In this document: positions 8,170 through 16,768 of the stretch, piece by piece | How positions within the stretch are numbered: the first letter of the stretch is position 1 | Layout of the letters: every line of letters starts with the position of its first letter | NCBI GenBank assembly: GCA_030149205.1 | Contig: JASBSB010000007.1 | Span: forward strand, 30,001-62,000 | Source of the DNA: Candidatus Heimdallarchaeota archaeon | GTDB lineage: Archaea; Asgardarchaeota; Heimdallarchaeia; Heimdallarchaeales; Kariarchaeaceae | Direction: 5' to 3' | Length of the DNA stretch: 32,000 bases | The notes under the pieces: generated by a model | Told to the model about the DNA's origin: nothing | Databases searched by the model: none | What the model saw: only the letters and a program-made list of their open reading frames with translations | Translations under genes and position numbers: made by a program

Positions 8170-9342
8170 TCAATAAAAATCATTAAAATCTTCCAAAGTC
8201 TCACTCAGTGGAAGCTGGTCATTGGGGATGACAGGATCGCTTAATTTCTTGAATTTAGACTTTTGCAATATCTTGTCTTTGATGAGTTGATCAATTCGAG
8301 TAAGAACTTCTTTAATATCATCTTCCTTTAAACTTGAGATGAAAAGGAGTGATTCTGGTTCGATATCTAGTTCATTACTCTCAGTAAAGGTGAGTATTTT
8401 CTTCCTCAAGGGGTCTATTTCTGATGGGTTTAGTTTATCAACTTTGTTTACTACGATCAGTAATTCAGCCGTTGGATAGTACTCATAAAACTCTGCAATC
8501 AGGTTTAGTTGACCTTCAACAGGCACAGTGGCAGTATCGCTGGGATCAACAATGATTAATAAGATGTCACTGATGTGTTTTAAAGCAGCAATTGCTAACA
8601 GTTCAATCTCATTCCTGTTCTCAAGTGACCTATCCAGTAAACCGGGGGTATCACAGAATTGAACCTGTAAGAAAGAAAGCTTTTTATGACCAAAGATAAG
8701 CCTTTTGGTAGTAAATGGGTATGCTCCAATTTGGGGTTTTCCTGAGGTTGCAGATCTGACAAATGATGACTTTCCCACATTTGGAACACCCGCAACAACT
8801 ACGGTGGGTAGGGTGGGATTAAAGCCAGGCAGTGGTACTAAAAGCTCACGTGCCTCTTGTATAACCAGGAGATGAGGTTCGGCCCTATAGATTATGCTAG
8901 AGAATCTTCCGAAAGCTTCTCCTCTGAGGTCAATGACCTGAGCCTTTTTCTTTGCAGAATTAAATCTATCGTTTATATCCCTTTCTACCTCTCGTATTGT
9001 GGCAATCGTCCCGTATAACCCCCCAAGAGCTTTTTTCAATCTATCTGAACCATTCCCCATTTGATCATCGGCCAGAAGAACCTTAACAAGTTCTATGTAA
9101 AAAGGATGAACCATATCAATTGAAGGGAATTGATCAACTATTCGATTTAGTCTGTCTGCAAGCACGTTGGCAGCAGTGTTGACCCTGTTTCGGTCATGCT
9201 CCTTTTTCTTGGTAAATGGATCACTCCCCCTCATTTGAGGTGGAGCTATATTCATTGCCCTGTTAAAGGCAATATCTAGGAGTTCTTGCGGAGATTCAAC
9301 AGGGAATATTTTGGCAAAGGGGTTATCGAAAGAATTTATCAT
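8170..9342 (-). CDS. nog1: Nog1-family ribosome biogenesis GTPase
   Basis: G1 GVPNVGKS, YPFTT, DTPGLLDR and NKVD, with a helical N-domain containing FPSIDMVHPFY. Confidence 0.92.
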   Translation of the reverse strand: MINSFDNPFAKIFPVESPQELLDIAFNRAMNIAPPQMRGSDPFTKKKEHDRNRVNTAANVLADRLNRIVDQFPSIDMVHPFYIELVKVLLADDQMGNGSDRLKKALGGLYGTIATIREVERDINDRFNSAKKKAQVIDLRGEAFGRFSSIIYRAEPHLLVIQEARELLVPLPGFNPTLPTVVVAGVPNVGKSSFVRSATSGKPQIGAYPFTTKRLIFGHKKLSFLQVQFCDTPGLLDRSLENRNEIELLAIAALKHISDILLIIVDPSDTATVPVEGQLNLIAEFYEYYPTAELLIVVNKVDKLNPSEIDPLRKKILTFTESNELDIEPESLLFISSLKEDDIKEVLTRIDQLIKDKILQKSKFKKLSDPVIPNDQLPLSETLEDFNDFY

Positions 9343-9385
9343 AATTATAGGTTTTCTGCTAATCTATTAAATTAAAGGATAGCTT

Positions 9386-10276
9386 TCACTCGTCAATTTT
9401 AGACTCAGGTAGTACCTTAAGTTTAGAAACCAGAGATTCGATCAACAGAGGCTTTTCAGAGACTATGGCAAATTTCTCTAGGGATCGATGATAAATTTCC
9501 ATCACCTGAGATGTGTCTCTGATCATGTAAGTGATTGTGTTTGGGAGGACATTTGAATAGATTTTGAATAGATTGATCTCATTGAAGGATTTTATTCTTT
9601 CCCAATAGTCAGATTGTTGTCTCAGTTCATAATCTGTAAAGACTAAATTATCGAGATTTATGTTACTTCCAAGTTTTTTCAGATGAATGACATATCGAGG
9701 AGGAAGAATAAGCAGAACCCTAACTCTACGTTCCAAAGTTTCCAAAGCAACACGAAGCACGTTTGAAAGGGAGAAATATGACAGAAGTGGTTCAGTAACA
9801 AAGAGATAAAGAATCTGTTGACATTGGTTTGTAAATGAAAAAATATGGGATCTAAGATTTTCTGATTTGATGAAATAGTCAAATTCTTGAAGTTCTACAG
9901 ATGAGTCCCTCCAAAACTTGGTTTCTAATCCTTTAATTTTCTCCAATTTTTCGTTGTTTGCATTCTGTATCTCTTTGAGCTTTTCTGATATAAAATCAGA
10001 AATTGCTCTTAGAGAGCGTATGCTATATTTATTAGGTCTACCTCCTTCAGATACCAACAATTCCAGACTGACAAATTTCTTTAAAGCTGGATAGATTTTT
10101 GAATCGGGTACCTGTAAAATAAAGGATAGTTCTTTTCCTGTAATTTTAGGAGTTAAAAAGAGTTGTGAGAGAATCTTAGCTTCAACCCTTGTAAAAAAGG
10201 AGAAAGATATTAGCAAATCAAATATCTCCTCTTGTATTAGCTCTTGATTAACTAATGTGCCAGTATCATTACTCAC
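9386..10276 (-). CDS. TrmB-family transcriptional regulator
   Basis: TRVEAKILSQL...VPDSKIYPALKKFVSLELL...GRPNKY is a TrmB wHTH, followed by a dimer helix and a C-terminal domain. GTG start. Confidence 0.85.
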   Translation of the reverse strand: MSNDTGTLVNQELIQEEIFDLLISFSFFTRVEAKILSQLFLTPKITGKELSFILQVPDSKIYPALKKFVSLELLVSEGGRPNKYSIRSLRAISDFISEKLKEIQNANNEKLEKIKGLETKFWRDSSVELQEFDYFIKSENLRSHIFSFTNQCQQILYLFVTEPLLSYFSLSNVLRVALETLERRVRVLLILPPRYVIHLKKLGSNINLDNLVFTDYELRQQSDYWERIKSFNEINLFKIYSNVLPNTITYMIRDTSQVMEIYHRSLEKFAIVSEKPLLIESLVSKLKVLPESKIDE

Positions 10277-10407
10277 AGCAATTTATTCTATAGTTCTTAA
10301 TTATTAAATCTGAGCCTCATTTTCATGGAGATTCGGTAAGTTTGTATGTGTGATAAATTAGCGTGCTTTTGCTAGTTTTAGCTCGCGGATATTCTTTTGT
10401 AATTGTA

Positions 10408-10420
10408 CAAGTTTATTAAT
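10408..10420 (+). promoter_or_regulatory. Candidate TATA box for the ESCRT cluster
   Basis: TTTATTAA at 10412-10419, about 33 nt upstream of the ATG at 10453. Position and sequence only; the background is AT-rich. Confidence 0.3.
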
Positions 10421-10452
10421 CTGGTCTACTATATTGAGATTAGGTTTAGAGA

Positions 10453-11199
10453 ATGGTGGATCCCCTCAAAATTCTAGAAGAAGAGAAGACATACCTTCAA
10501 AATAATGAACCTACCTTTAATCAGTCAGATGCCACAGGGAGAGTATTCACTGGAAAGGTAGGCAGGCTTCAATCTGGAGAAGATATACAAGTTCAAATTA
10601 CCTTTCCTGATTTTTATCCGATTGAAAAGCCAATTATTAAGGTATTAACTGATATGGAGCATCCAAATGTGAATACTAATTCATCCTTAGATCTTGCAAT
10701 ACTTGACTACTGGGAACCAGACTTCAGGATAAAGAATGTTCTTGGGGATGTAAGGAGACTGTTTATCAGGAGTAAAAAGGTCATAAAAATCAAGCCACAA
10801 AAAAGTGTAGAGCCGGTTTCGGTAAATCCACAAACGATTCAGTTGGTAGGGGAAATTGAGACCCTACAGAGACAAATTACAGAACTTGATAAGCAGATTC
10901 AGGAGAAGAAAATTACTGTAATGAATAAACAAGGAGTATCCGTACAGTCTGCAATTAAGGTCTCATTAAAGGATGAGTTGGATTGTGAATTTCATGCTTT
11001 GAATGACCTGTTGGAACTCTTAGATTATAAATTTGAGGACGCTGAAATTGATCAGACAGATTATTTCAGGTTGTATAAGCACTACACAAAGGAACACTAT
11101 AAGCTTTCTGAACAGTTGAAAAGCTTAAATTCCGAAAAACAGGAGAACGAAGAATATGTCGTATCAAACAAGAAAGAAAAAAGACTCATTAGATCTTAG
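10453..11199 (+). CDS. vps23: ESCRT-I Vps23/TSG101-like protein (UEV + coiled coil + steadiness-box-like C-terminus)
   Basis: UBC fold (ITFPDFYPIEKP...HPNVNTNSSLDLAILDYW) with the catalytic Cys replaced by Asp, then a coiled coil (GEIETLQRQITELDKQIQEKK) and a helical hairpin. First gene of the ESCRT cluster. Confidence 0.85.
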   Translation: MVDPLKILEEEKTYLQNNEPTFNQSDATGRVFTGKVGRLQSGEDIQVQITFPDFYPIEKPIIKVLTDMEHPNVNTNSSLDLAILDYWEPDFRIKNVLGDVRRLFIRSKKVIKIKPQKSVEPVSVNPQTIQLVGEIETLQRQITELDKQIQEKKITVMNKQGVSVQSAIKVSLKDELDCEFHALNDLLELLDYKFEDAEIDQTDYFRLYKHYTKEHYKLSEQLKSLNSEKQENEEYVVSNKKEKRLIRS

Positions 11200-11785
11200 A
11201 GCGGATTTATACTCTGCAATTGCCACAATGGACAAATTAAGTTCACATTTTGACAAGGGAATGGTTGAGGAGACCCTTTATAGAAGACAGTTGAAATCTG
11301 CGATATCTACAGTATTTAAGGCGCAACATGAGTTAGAACAGGATGGTTTTGATATAAATCAATTCATTGAAGAAAACTCCTTAGAAAGCAAATTCCCTAA
11401 CGGGATGAAGAGATTGAATCTGATGGAGGGATTGGAATCAGACGAAGAGACAACTTTATCGCTTGATACCTTGAAAAAGCTCCCTGAGAAGACTGCGGAT
11501 TTTGTTGCTCATTCAATAGAGTTGATTGATCTATTAAGATTAAAATCACTTGCCAGGGTAGAGTTGATAGTACCCCTGTTGGATGAACTTTACAATGTGG
11601 TCTTGAAATTCCCTACTATGGGGTCTGAACATTGGACAGCAGTTGAAATTAGAGGATGGAGAGATGTTTTGGTTGATGAACCACCAAGTAAGGTACTCTC
11701 AGAAGAAGATGTTGAGAGACTTGAATTTGAGGTATCAAGATGGCTCAATGAATTCAGAACCAATATTAAAAATCTTGAAGTGTGA
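11156..11785 (+). CDS. vps28: ESCRT-I Vps28
   Basis: ADLYSAIATMDKL...Y resembles the Vps28 N-terminal core, and FVAHSIELIDLLRL...IVPLLDEL...W...RLEFEV resembles the C-terminal four-helix bundle. An AGGAG RBS lies about 10 nt upstream; the gene overlaps vps23 by 44 nt. Confidence 0.88.
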   Translation: MSYQTRKKKDSLDLRADLYSAIATMDKLSSHFDKGMVEETLYRRQLKSAISTVFKAQHELEQDGFDINQFIEENSLESKFPNGMKRLNLMEGLESDEETTLSLDTLKKLPEKTADFVAHSIELIDLLRLKSLARVELIVPLLDELYNVVLKFPTMGSEHWTAVEIRGWRDVLVDEPPSKVLSEEDVERLEFEVSRWLNEFRTNIKNLEV

Positions 11786-11791
11786 AGTCCC

Positions 11792-12511
11792 ATGGGTTTA
11801 AGAGACATTGAACGTAAGATACGCATCAAGAGTGCATTTCAACAAAAAGAAGGAGAGCTTCTTTTAGAGGAGCTTGATCAACTGATTAAGAACTATAAAA
11901 TTTTGGAAAAGCAGCTTAAATCATTTGAGAAGAAACATAAAAAGGATATTAAGGAGAACAAGGAATACTACCAAAAAATAAGTGAGTTAAGACGTGAGCT
12001 TGGATTACCTGAAGAGATTGGTGTGTATGACTGGAAGGAATCACCCAGTTTCATGGACAAGATCACTGGCAAGGGGTATTTTAACCAGCTTGCTCAAGAG
12101 ATATTAGAAGTTGGTAAATCAAGTGTAAGAGACTCTGGTGGGTTAGTATCACTGGCAGAGTTGGTTTTAAGGGTAAATAAAGTCAGACCTGGAAAGTTGG
12201 TTTCTCCGCAAGATGTAGTCAGAGCAGTTGAAAGTCTGGATAAGAATGGCTTGATATCAGGGATCAGAGAGCTTGAGTCTGGTGTAAAATTAGTGGAGTT
12301 TGTTAGTGTAAGTCTTTCACCAGATCAGGAGAAAGTCTTTAGTCTCGCTTCTCGAACCGGATTTATCACCATGGAACAACTCATTCTCAAATCTAAATGG
12401 CCTCTGGAAAGAGCAAAAAGGGTATTAGATGACCTGGTTGAAGATGGGATAGCTTTGATAGATGAAACCTATTCCGAGGGAACAAAATATTGGTTCCCAT
12501 CATTAGGATAA
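11792..12511 (+). CDS. vps22: ESCRT-II Vps22/SNF8 (EAP30 domain, Vps22/36-like)
   Basis: MGLRDIERK N-terminal helix, FEKKHKKDIKEN...LGL, FNQLAQEILEVG...SGGLVSL, and two winged helices ending YWFP. Confidence 0.9.
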   Translation: MGLRDIERKIRIKSAFQQKEGELLLEELDQLIKNYKILEKQLKSFEKKHKKDIKENKEYYQKISELRRELGLPEEIGVYDWKESPSFMDKITGKGYFNQLAQEILEVGKSSVRDSGGLVSLAELVLRVNKVRPGKLVSPQDVVRAVESLDKNGLISGIRELESGVKLVEFVSVSLSPDQEKVFSLASRTGFITMEQLILKSKWPLERAKRVLDDLVEDGIALIDETYSEGTKYWFPSLG

Positions 12512-12594
12512 AAAACGATTTTTACTCATTCACATCCATTAAATTAAGAAAGAATTAAATTAGACTTTGTTCATATTGATATTAGGAGTTTTCT

Positions 12595-13740
12595 GTGAGC
12601 ACCAATCTTTATGCAAGAGCCCAATTACTGGCACAGTCTGCCGTTCAGGCAGATAATGCCGGAGACCATGGAACAGCCCTCTCAAAGTACTTACAGGCAG
12701 CGGAAATACTGTTAGAGATGGCTAAATACACAAACAACCCCCGATTGGTTCAGACATATGAGGGGAGAGCACAGTCATATATTGACAGGGCGAAGATGTT
12801 AAAGAAGCTGAAAACCGAAAAACCTCGGAAGGCTAAATCTCAATCTGATGAGGATGACGACGAGATAAATTCAACGATAGAGGAAGCCATCCTATCTACC
12901 AAACCGGATGTCACGTTAACTGATGTTGCTGGTTTAGCAGATGTCAAAACAGCCTTACGAGAGGCAATAGTGTTACCTCTTATGAGACCAGATCTATTCA
13001 CAGGAGCAAGAAGACCATGGAAGGGGATCTTGTTATTTGGACCACCTGGGTGTGGAAAGACATTAATTGCAAAGGCAACCGCTGGAGATATAGAAGCAAC
13101 ATTTTTTAATGTATCAGCTGCAAATTTGGTGAGCAAGTGGTTAGGGGAGTCTGAGAAACTTGTGAAAAAACTTTACGATATGGCTGTTGAGAAACAACCA
13201 AGTATTATTTTTATTGACGAGATAGATTCTCTTACCCAATCCAGAGGTGGTACAGGAGAGAATGATGCTATGAGACGTATCAAGACTCAGCTTTTGACAA
13301 GTATGGAGGGGTTAACAAGTTCTTCAGACCAGAGGGTTGTAACAATTGGAGCTACAAACATACCTTGGGAAATTGACACAGCGTTCAGAAGAAGGTTTGA
13401 AAGGAGGATATTTGTTCCAGTTCCTGATTTGGCAGCTCGAAGAAAGATTTTTGAGTTGAACACTGAGGGCATCAAATTAGATTCCTCTGTTGATTTTGAT
13501 CAATTAAGTGCTCTCACAGAGGAATATTCTGGTTCTGATATTGCCAACATCTGTCGAGAGGCCATTTTTATCCCAATTAGAGAATTAGATACCAGTGGAG
13601 CATTCAAGGATAAATCCATTAAGGCCAGGGATGTCACTCAACAAGACTTTCTTAGTGCTTTAAACAACGTTAAAGCCTCAGTTAGTCAACGAGAGCTGAA
13701 ACGGTTTGTTGACTGGAATGAGGAATATGGGGCTGGTTAA
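12595..13740 (+). CDS. vps4: Vps4 AAA+ ATPase with N-terminal MIT domain
   Basis: MIT domain (AVQADNAGDHGTALSKYLQAAE), Walker A GPPGCGKT, pore loop SKWLGESEK, Walker B FIDEID, Arg fingers FRRRF. GTG start after AGGAG. Confidence 0.96.
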   Translation: MSTNLYARAQLLAQSAVQADNAGDHGTALSKYLQAAEILLEMAKYTNNPRLVQTYEGRAQSYIDRAKMLKKLKTEKPRKAKSQSDEDDDEINSTIEEAILSTKPDVTLTDVAGLADVKTALREAIVLPLMRPDLFTGARRPWKGILLFGPPGCGKTLIAKATAGDIEATFFNVSAANLVSKWLGESEKLVKKLYDMAVEKQPSIIFIDEIDSLTQSRGGTGENDAMRRIKTQLLTSMEGLTSSSDQRVVTIGATNIPWEIDTAFRRRFERRIFVPVPDLAARRKIFELNTEGIKLDSSVDFDQLSALTEEYSGSDIANICREAIFIPIRELDTSGAFKDKSIKARDVTQQDFLSALNNVKASVSQRELKRFVDWNEEYGAG

Positions 13741-13742
13741 CT

Positions 13743-14432
13743 ATGTCCATAAGAGAAAAGGTGAGGAAGAAGCAAGAGGAGCTAAAAGAGGATTCGGCAC
13801 CCAGTATCGTTGAGGAGAAAATAGAGGAGAAGACATCTACAGAGGGTACAAAAACCAAACCAGAGAAAGTGGAGAAGAAAGAATCAAAGACTGAGAATCA
13901 AGAAATCAAAGAACTCTCTTTTGAGGATACGCTCCCCGCATGGGTAAACAAGCCTTGGATGTTTGTGACTCCAAAAAAAGAGGCTCAAAAGGACTCATGG
14001 GTTGATTCTTGGAAACTTGTGATATTGGATTTTAGCAAATTTTACACGCAACACATCATTAACATCTATGAGGTAAGGAAGAAACACCCGTTTACTCATA
14101 AGGACACTAAACGTTCCCTGAAAGATGATCAGCTCGTATTTATAATTGATAAAATGCAGGAAGAAGGTTTGGCCAAATGGTTATCCTCAAAAAAAATTCG
14201 GGCCCGAATCTATTACAAAACTATTGAGCAGTGGGCAGAAGAGATATACAATGATTTGTTTGAGAGTGGAAAACTTGTGGAGGTATTAACTTTGCAAGAA
14301 TTTAAGCTGATGAACAAAGAATGGAGTAACCTTCCAGATGCTGACTTTCAAGAGATATTTAAACTATTTGTAGAGGCAAAAAAGGCAAAGTACGTGACAA
14401 AAGAAAGAGATACTATTCAGTTCATATTTTGA
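13743..14432 (+). CDS. vps25: ESCRT-II Vps25 with a charged N-terminal extension
   Basis: LPAWVNKPWMF...QKDSWVDSWKLVILDF matches the Vps25 N-terminal pattern. IYYKTIEQWAEEIY...VLTLQE and a C-terminal wHTH follow. Confidence 0.88.
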   Translation: MSIREKVRKKQEELKEDSAPSIVEEKIEEKTSTEGTKTKPEKVEKKESKTENQEIKELSFEDTLPAWVNKPWMFVTPKKEAQKDSWVDSWKLVILDFSKFYTQHIINIYEVRKKHPFTHKDTKRSLKDDQLVFIIDKMQEEGLAKWLSSKKIRARIYYKTIEQWAEEIYNDLFESGKLVEVLTLQEFKLMNKEWSNLPDADFQEIFKLFVEAKKAKYVTKERDTIQFIF

Positions 14433-14473
14433 GTCATGAATATAGTAATATAAATGGTCAACTATCTCTAATA

Positions 14474-14520
14474 AAAAGAAACCTTATTTAAGTTGAGAGT
14501 ATATTATTAATTACAGAGGT
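14474..14520 (+). promoter_or_regulatory. Candidate internal promoter (BRE-TATA) and RBS for the two ESCRT-III genes
   Basis: AAAAGAAAC followed by CTTATTTAA (14483-14491), and GAGGT at 14516-14520 before the TTG start at 14529, inside a 96-bp gap. Confidence 0.35.
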
Positions 14521-14528
14521 AAATTAAC

Positions 14529-15149
14529 TTGGTCAGAGATTTATTAAGCTGGCTTGTGTCTGGAAAGTCAGACAAATCCAACAGATCACACATAACTAAT
14601 CTCAAAGTTGTCGAAAGAAGGTTGGAGAGATCGAAAAAGAAGCTTGAGAACAAGGAAAGACAGAACGAGAGAAAGATCAGAACAGCACTTCAGAAGGGAG
14701 ATATGGAGGCAGCCAGACTCTATGCCAATGATGTAGTAAGATCAAGAAAATGGGCAAGGGGGTATCAAAGTCTAGTTTCTAAGATCGATGGCCTTATTTT
14801 TAAATTAGAGAGAACAGATGCAGTTCAATCACTTGCTGGAGAGATGCGAAGTGTTGCAAACAGCCTTCGAGAAGCTAGTGCTGCCTTAAATATGGAAGGG
14901 CTTGATGATACCGTCAAAGATTTGGAAAGCACAATGGAAAATGTAGATATTGCAAGTGACATGATGGAAGACTCAGTTGATGGTCTGTTTTCAGCAGATA
15001 TTGATGAATCAGAGGTTGATAACCTACTGGGCGAATATGGTGCAGAAGTTGGAGTCACTGCCTCCACTGGACTTCCAACAGCCCCAGTAACGAACTCTAA
15101 GGTCTCAGACTTAGAAAATGAGATCGAACAACTAAGGAAGGACGAGTAA
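14529..15149 (+). CDS. vps2: ESCRT-III, Vps2/Vps24/Vps46 (CHMP1-3) class
   Basis: Amphipathic N-terminus LLSWLVSGK, helical hairpin (KKLENKERQNERKIRTALQKGDMEAARLYANDVVR), acidic C-half and a C-terminal MIM-like helix. Confidence 0.88.
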   Translation: MVRDLLSWLVSGKSDKSNRSHITNLKVVERRLERSKKKLENKERQNERKIRTALQKGDMEAARLYANDVVRSRKWARGYQSLVSKIDGLIFKLERTDAVQSLAGEMRSVANSLREASAALNMEGLDDTVKDLESTMENVDIASDMMEDSVDGLFSADIDESEVDNLLGEYGAEVGVTASTGLPTAPVTNSKVSDLENEIEQLRKDE

Positions 15150-15150
15150 A

Positions 15151-15822
15151 GTGGCAAAAAGGTTAAAAAATTGGTTATTTGGGAAAAGTGCAGATCAAGA
15201 CAAGGAGTCAGAGGCTATTGCTCAACTCAAGAAACGGTTAAATAAATATGAAATCGAGTCAAGAAACCTTTTGACCAAATCTGAAGAGGAGAAAAATCTA
15301 GCTAGAAGGATGGTCGCAGAGGGTAATAAGAGTGGGGCACGGCAGGCGTTAAAGAGGGCAAACCTCTATCAACAGAAGTACAATAAGACTCAGAATCTGA
15401 TGTTAAATCTGCATACACAGGTAGAGACTATATCCTCCGCTAAGGATACTGTTGAGACTGTTAAAGCATTAAAATCCGGCTCAGAGATTGTAGAAACCTC
15501 AATTGGTGAGATCAACAAGATTGATGCAGACAGAGTAATGATCGAGTTGGAAGAGCAAAGAGACAGACTAAATGTTGTAAATGAGGCTTTATCAGACATC
15601 TCAGGCATTGATATGGAACTTGAGGATGATTATGCAGACAACATTGAAAGCCAGTTAGAAGCTTTAGAGATGGAAGTGGAATCCAAGAAACATGGGGAGC
15701 TTCCAGAAGCCGGTACCAAGACAGTCGATTGGGAAGCTGGTGAGGAGAAGAAAGAGGAAAAAGGAAAGGGAGACCTGGAGAATGAACTTGAATCATTAAA
15801 GAAAGAACTTGAAGGAAAATAG
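15151..15822 (+). CDS. snf7: ESCRT-III, Snf7/Vps20/Vps60 (CHMP4-7) class
   Basis: N-terminal RLKNWLFGK, GNKSGARQALKRANLYQQ, ETVKALKSG, IDADRVMIELEEQ and an acidic tail. Confidence 0.9.
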   Translation: MAKRLKNWLFGKSADQDKESEAIAQLKKRLNKYEIESRNLLTKSEEEKNLARRMVAEGNKSGARQALKRANLYQQKYNKTQNLMLNLHTQVETISSAKDTVETVKALKSGSEIVETSIGEINKIDADRVMIELEEQRDRLNVVNEALSDISGIDMELEDDYADNIESQLEALEMEVESKKHGELPEAGTKTVDWEAGEEKKEEKGKGDLENELESLKKELEGK

Positions 15823-15943
15823 TATTTTGAAAACTGAATAAAAACATATAAGATATTATTAAGCTGAACATTAGTTAATTATTTCAAGATTTCAAGGAAT
15901 TACATACAAACTTACTTAACATTTTATTTGTACAAGTTTGATT

Positions 15944-16768
15944 ATGTCCGATGGATATGAGACTATGAGTCTTGGTTCGGTCACATTTCACCATTACAGG
16001 CAGGATCAACCGAAAGCTGCGATCCTCTTAGCTCCGGCTATGGGTGCTCCACAGAGGTATTATAGACATTTTGCAGATTTTCTAAATACCAGTGGATATG
16101 CTGTGATCAGCTTTGATTATTTGGGGATTGGAGAGTCTTTGACAGCAGATATTACTCAAATAACAATAAAGGATTGGTTACAGAATGTCGAAGATGCCAT
16201 GGATTTGGTAATGAAGAATTATCCTTCCACCACTTATTACTATATTTGTCATAGTCTAGGTGGTCAACTTTTTGGTCTAACAAAAAAGGCTCAAAATTTC
16301 AAGAAGATGGTTGCAATAACCTCACAGAATGGATATTGGAGATATTATCAAAACAAGTGGAGGTATCTAATTGTGTGGTATGTCTTGTTTCCTGTTCTGA
16401 CACGAGTTTATGGCTATTTCCCAAGTTCAAAGGTTGGGTTGGGTGAGGACTTGCCTCCAAATATAGCATTAAATTGGAAAAAATGGTGTACTTCCAAAGA
16501 TTATTTTTTTAGTGATCCAAATCTCCCAGAAACAGAAAATTATCCCAGCTATTCTGGGAAAATACTTACCATAGGCTTTTCTGATGATTCATGGGCAACC
16601 TTACCTGCGATCAAATCATTGTATGAACATTACACTTCAGCAGAAGTTCAATACAATTTTTACAACCCAAGTGAATTTAATAGAAAAGAGATTGGTCATC
16701 TTGGATTCTTTAGAAATGGTTCTGAGGATATTTGGAGGATTGTGATTGAATGGTTAGAGACGACTTAG
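15944..16768 (+). CDS. Predicted alpha/beta-fold hydrolase
   Basis: APAMG oxyanion region, FDYLGIGES, nucleophile CHSLGG, DD and GHLGFF. ATG at 15944 is preferred over the TTG at 15938. Confidence 0.85.
   Translation: MSDGYETMSLGSVTFHHYRQDQPKAAILLAPAMGAPQRYYRHFADFLNTSGYAVISFDYLGIGESLTADITQITIKDWLQNVEDAMDLVMKNYPSTTYYYICHSLGGQLFGLTKKAQNFKKMVAITSQNGYWRYYQNKWRYLIVWYVLFPVLTRVYGYFPSSKVGLGEDLPPNIALNWKKWCTSKDYFFSDPNLPETENYPSYSGKILTIGFSDDSWATLPAIKSLYEHYTSAEVQYNFYNPSEFNRKEIGHLGFFRNGSEDIWRIVIEWLETT

Noticed and set aside
10277-10452. TrmB-type TGM operator (TATCAC-N5-GTGATA)
   Set aside because: Only a half-site (GTGATA) is visible, without a correctly spaced partner.
10453-11199. Active E2 ubiquitin-conjugating enzyme
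   Set aside because: The catalytic Cys position is Asp, and the coiled coil, C-terminal helices and operon context indicate Vps23.
15944-16768. Alpha/beta hydrolase as an eighth member of the ESCRT operon
   Set aside because: It is separated by about 120 bp of AT-rich DNA that could hold its own promoter, and I know of no functional link; co-orientation alone is weak evidence.
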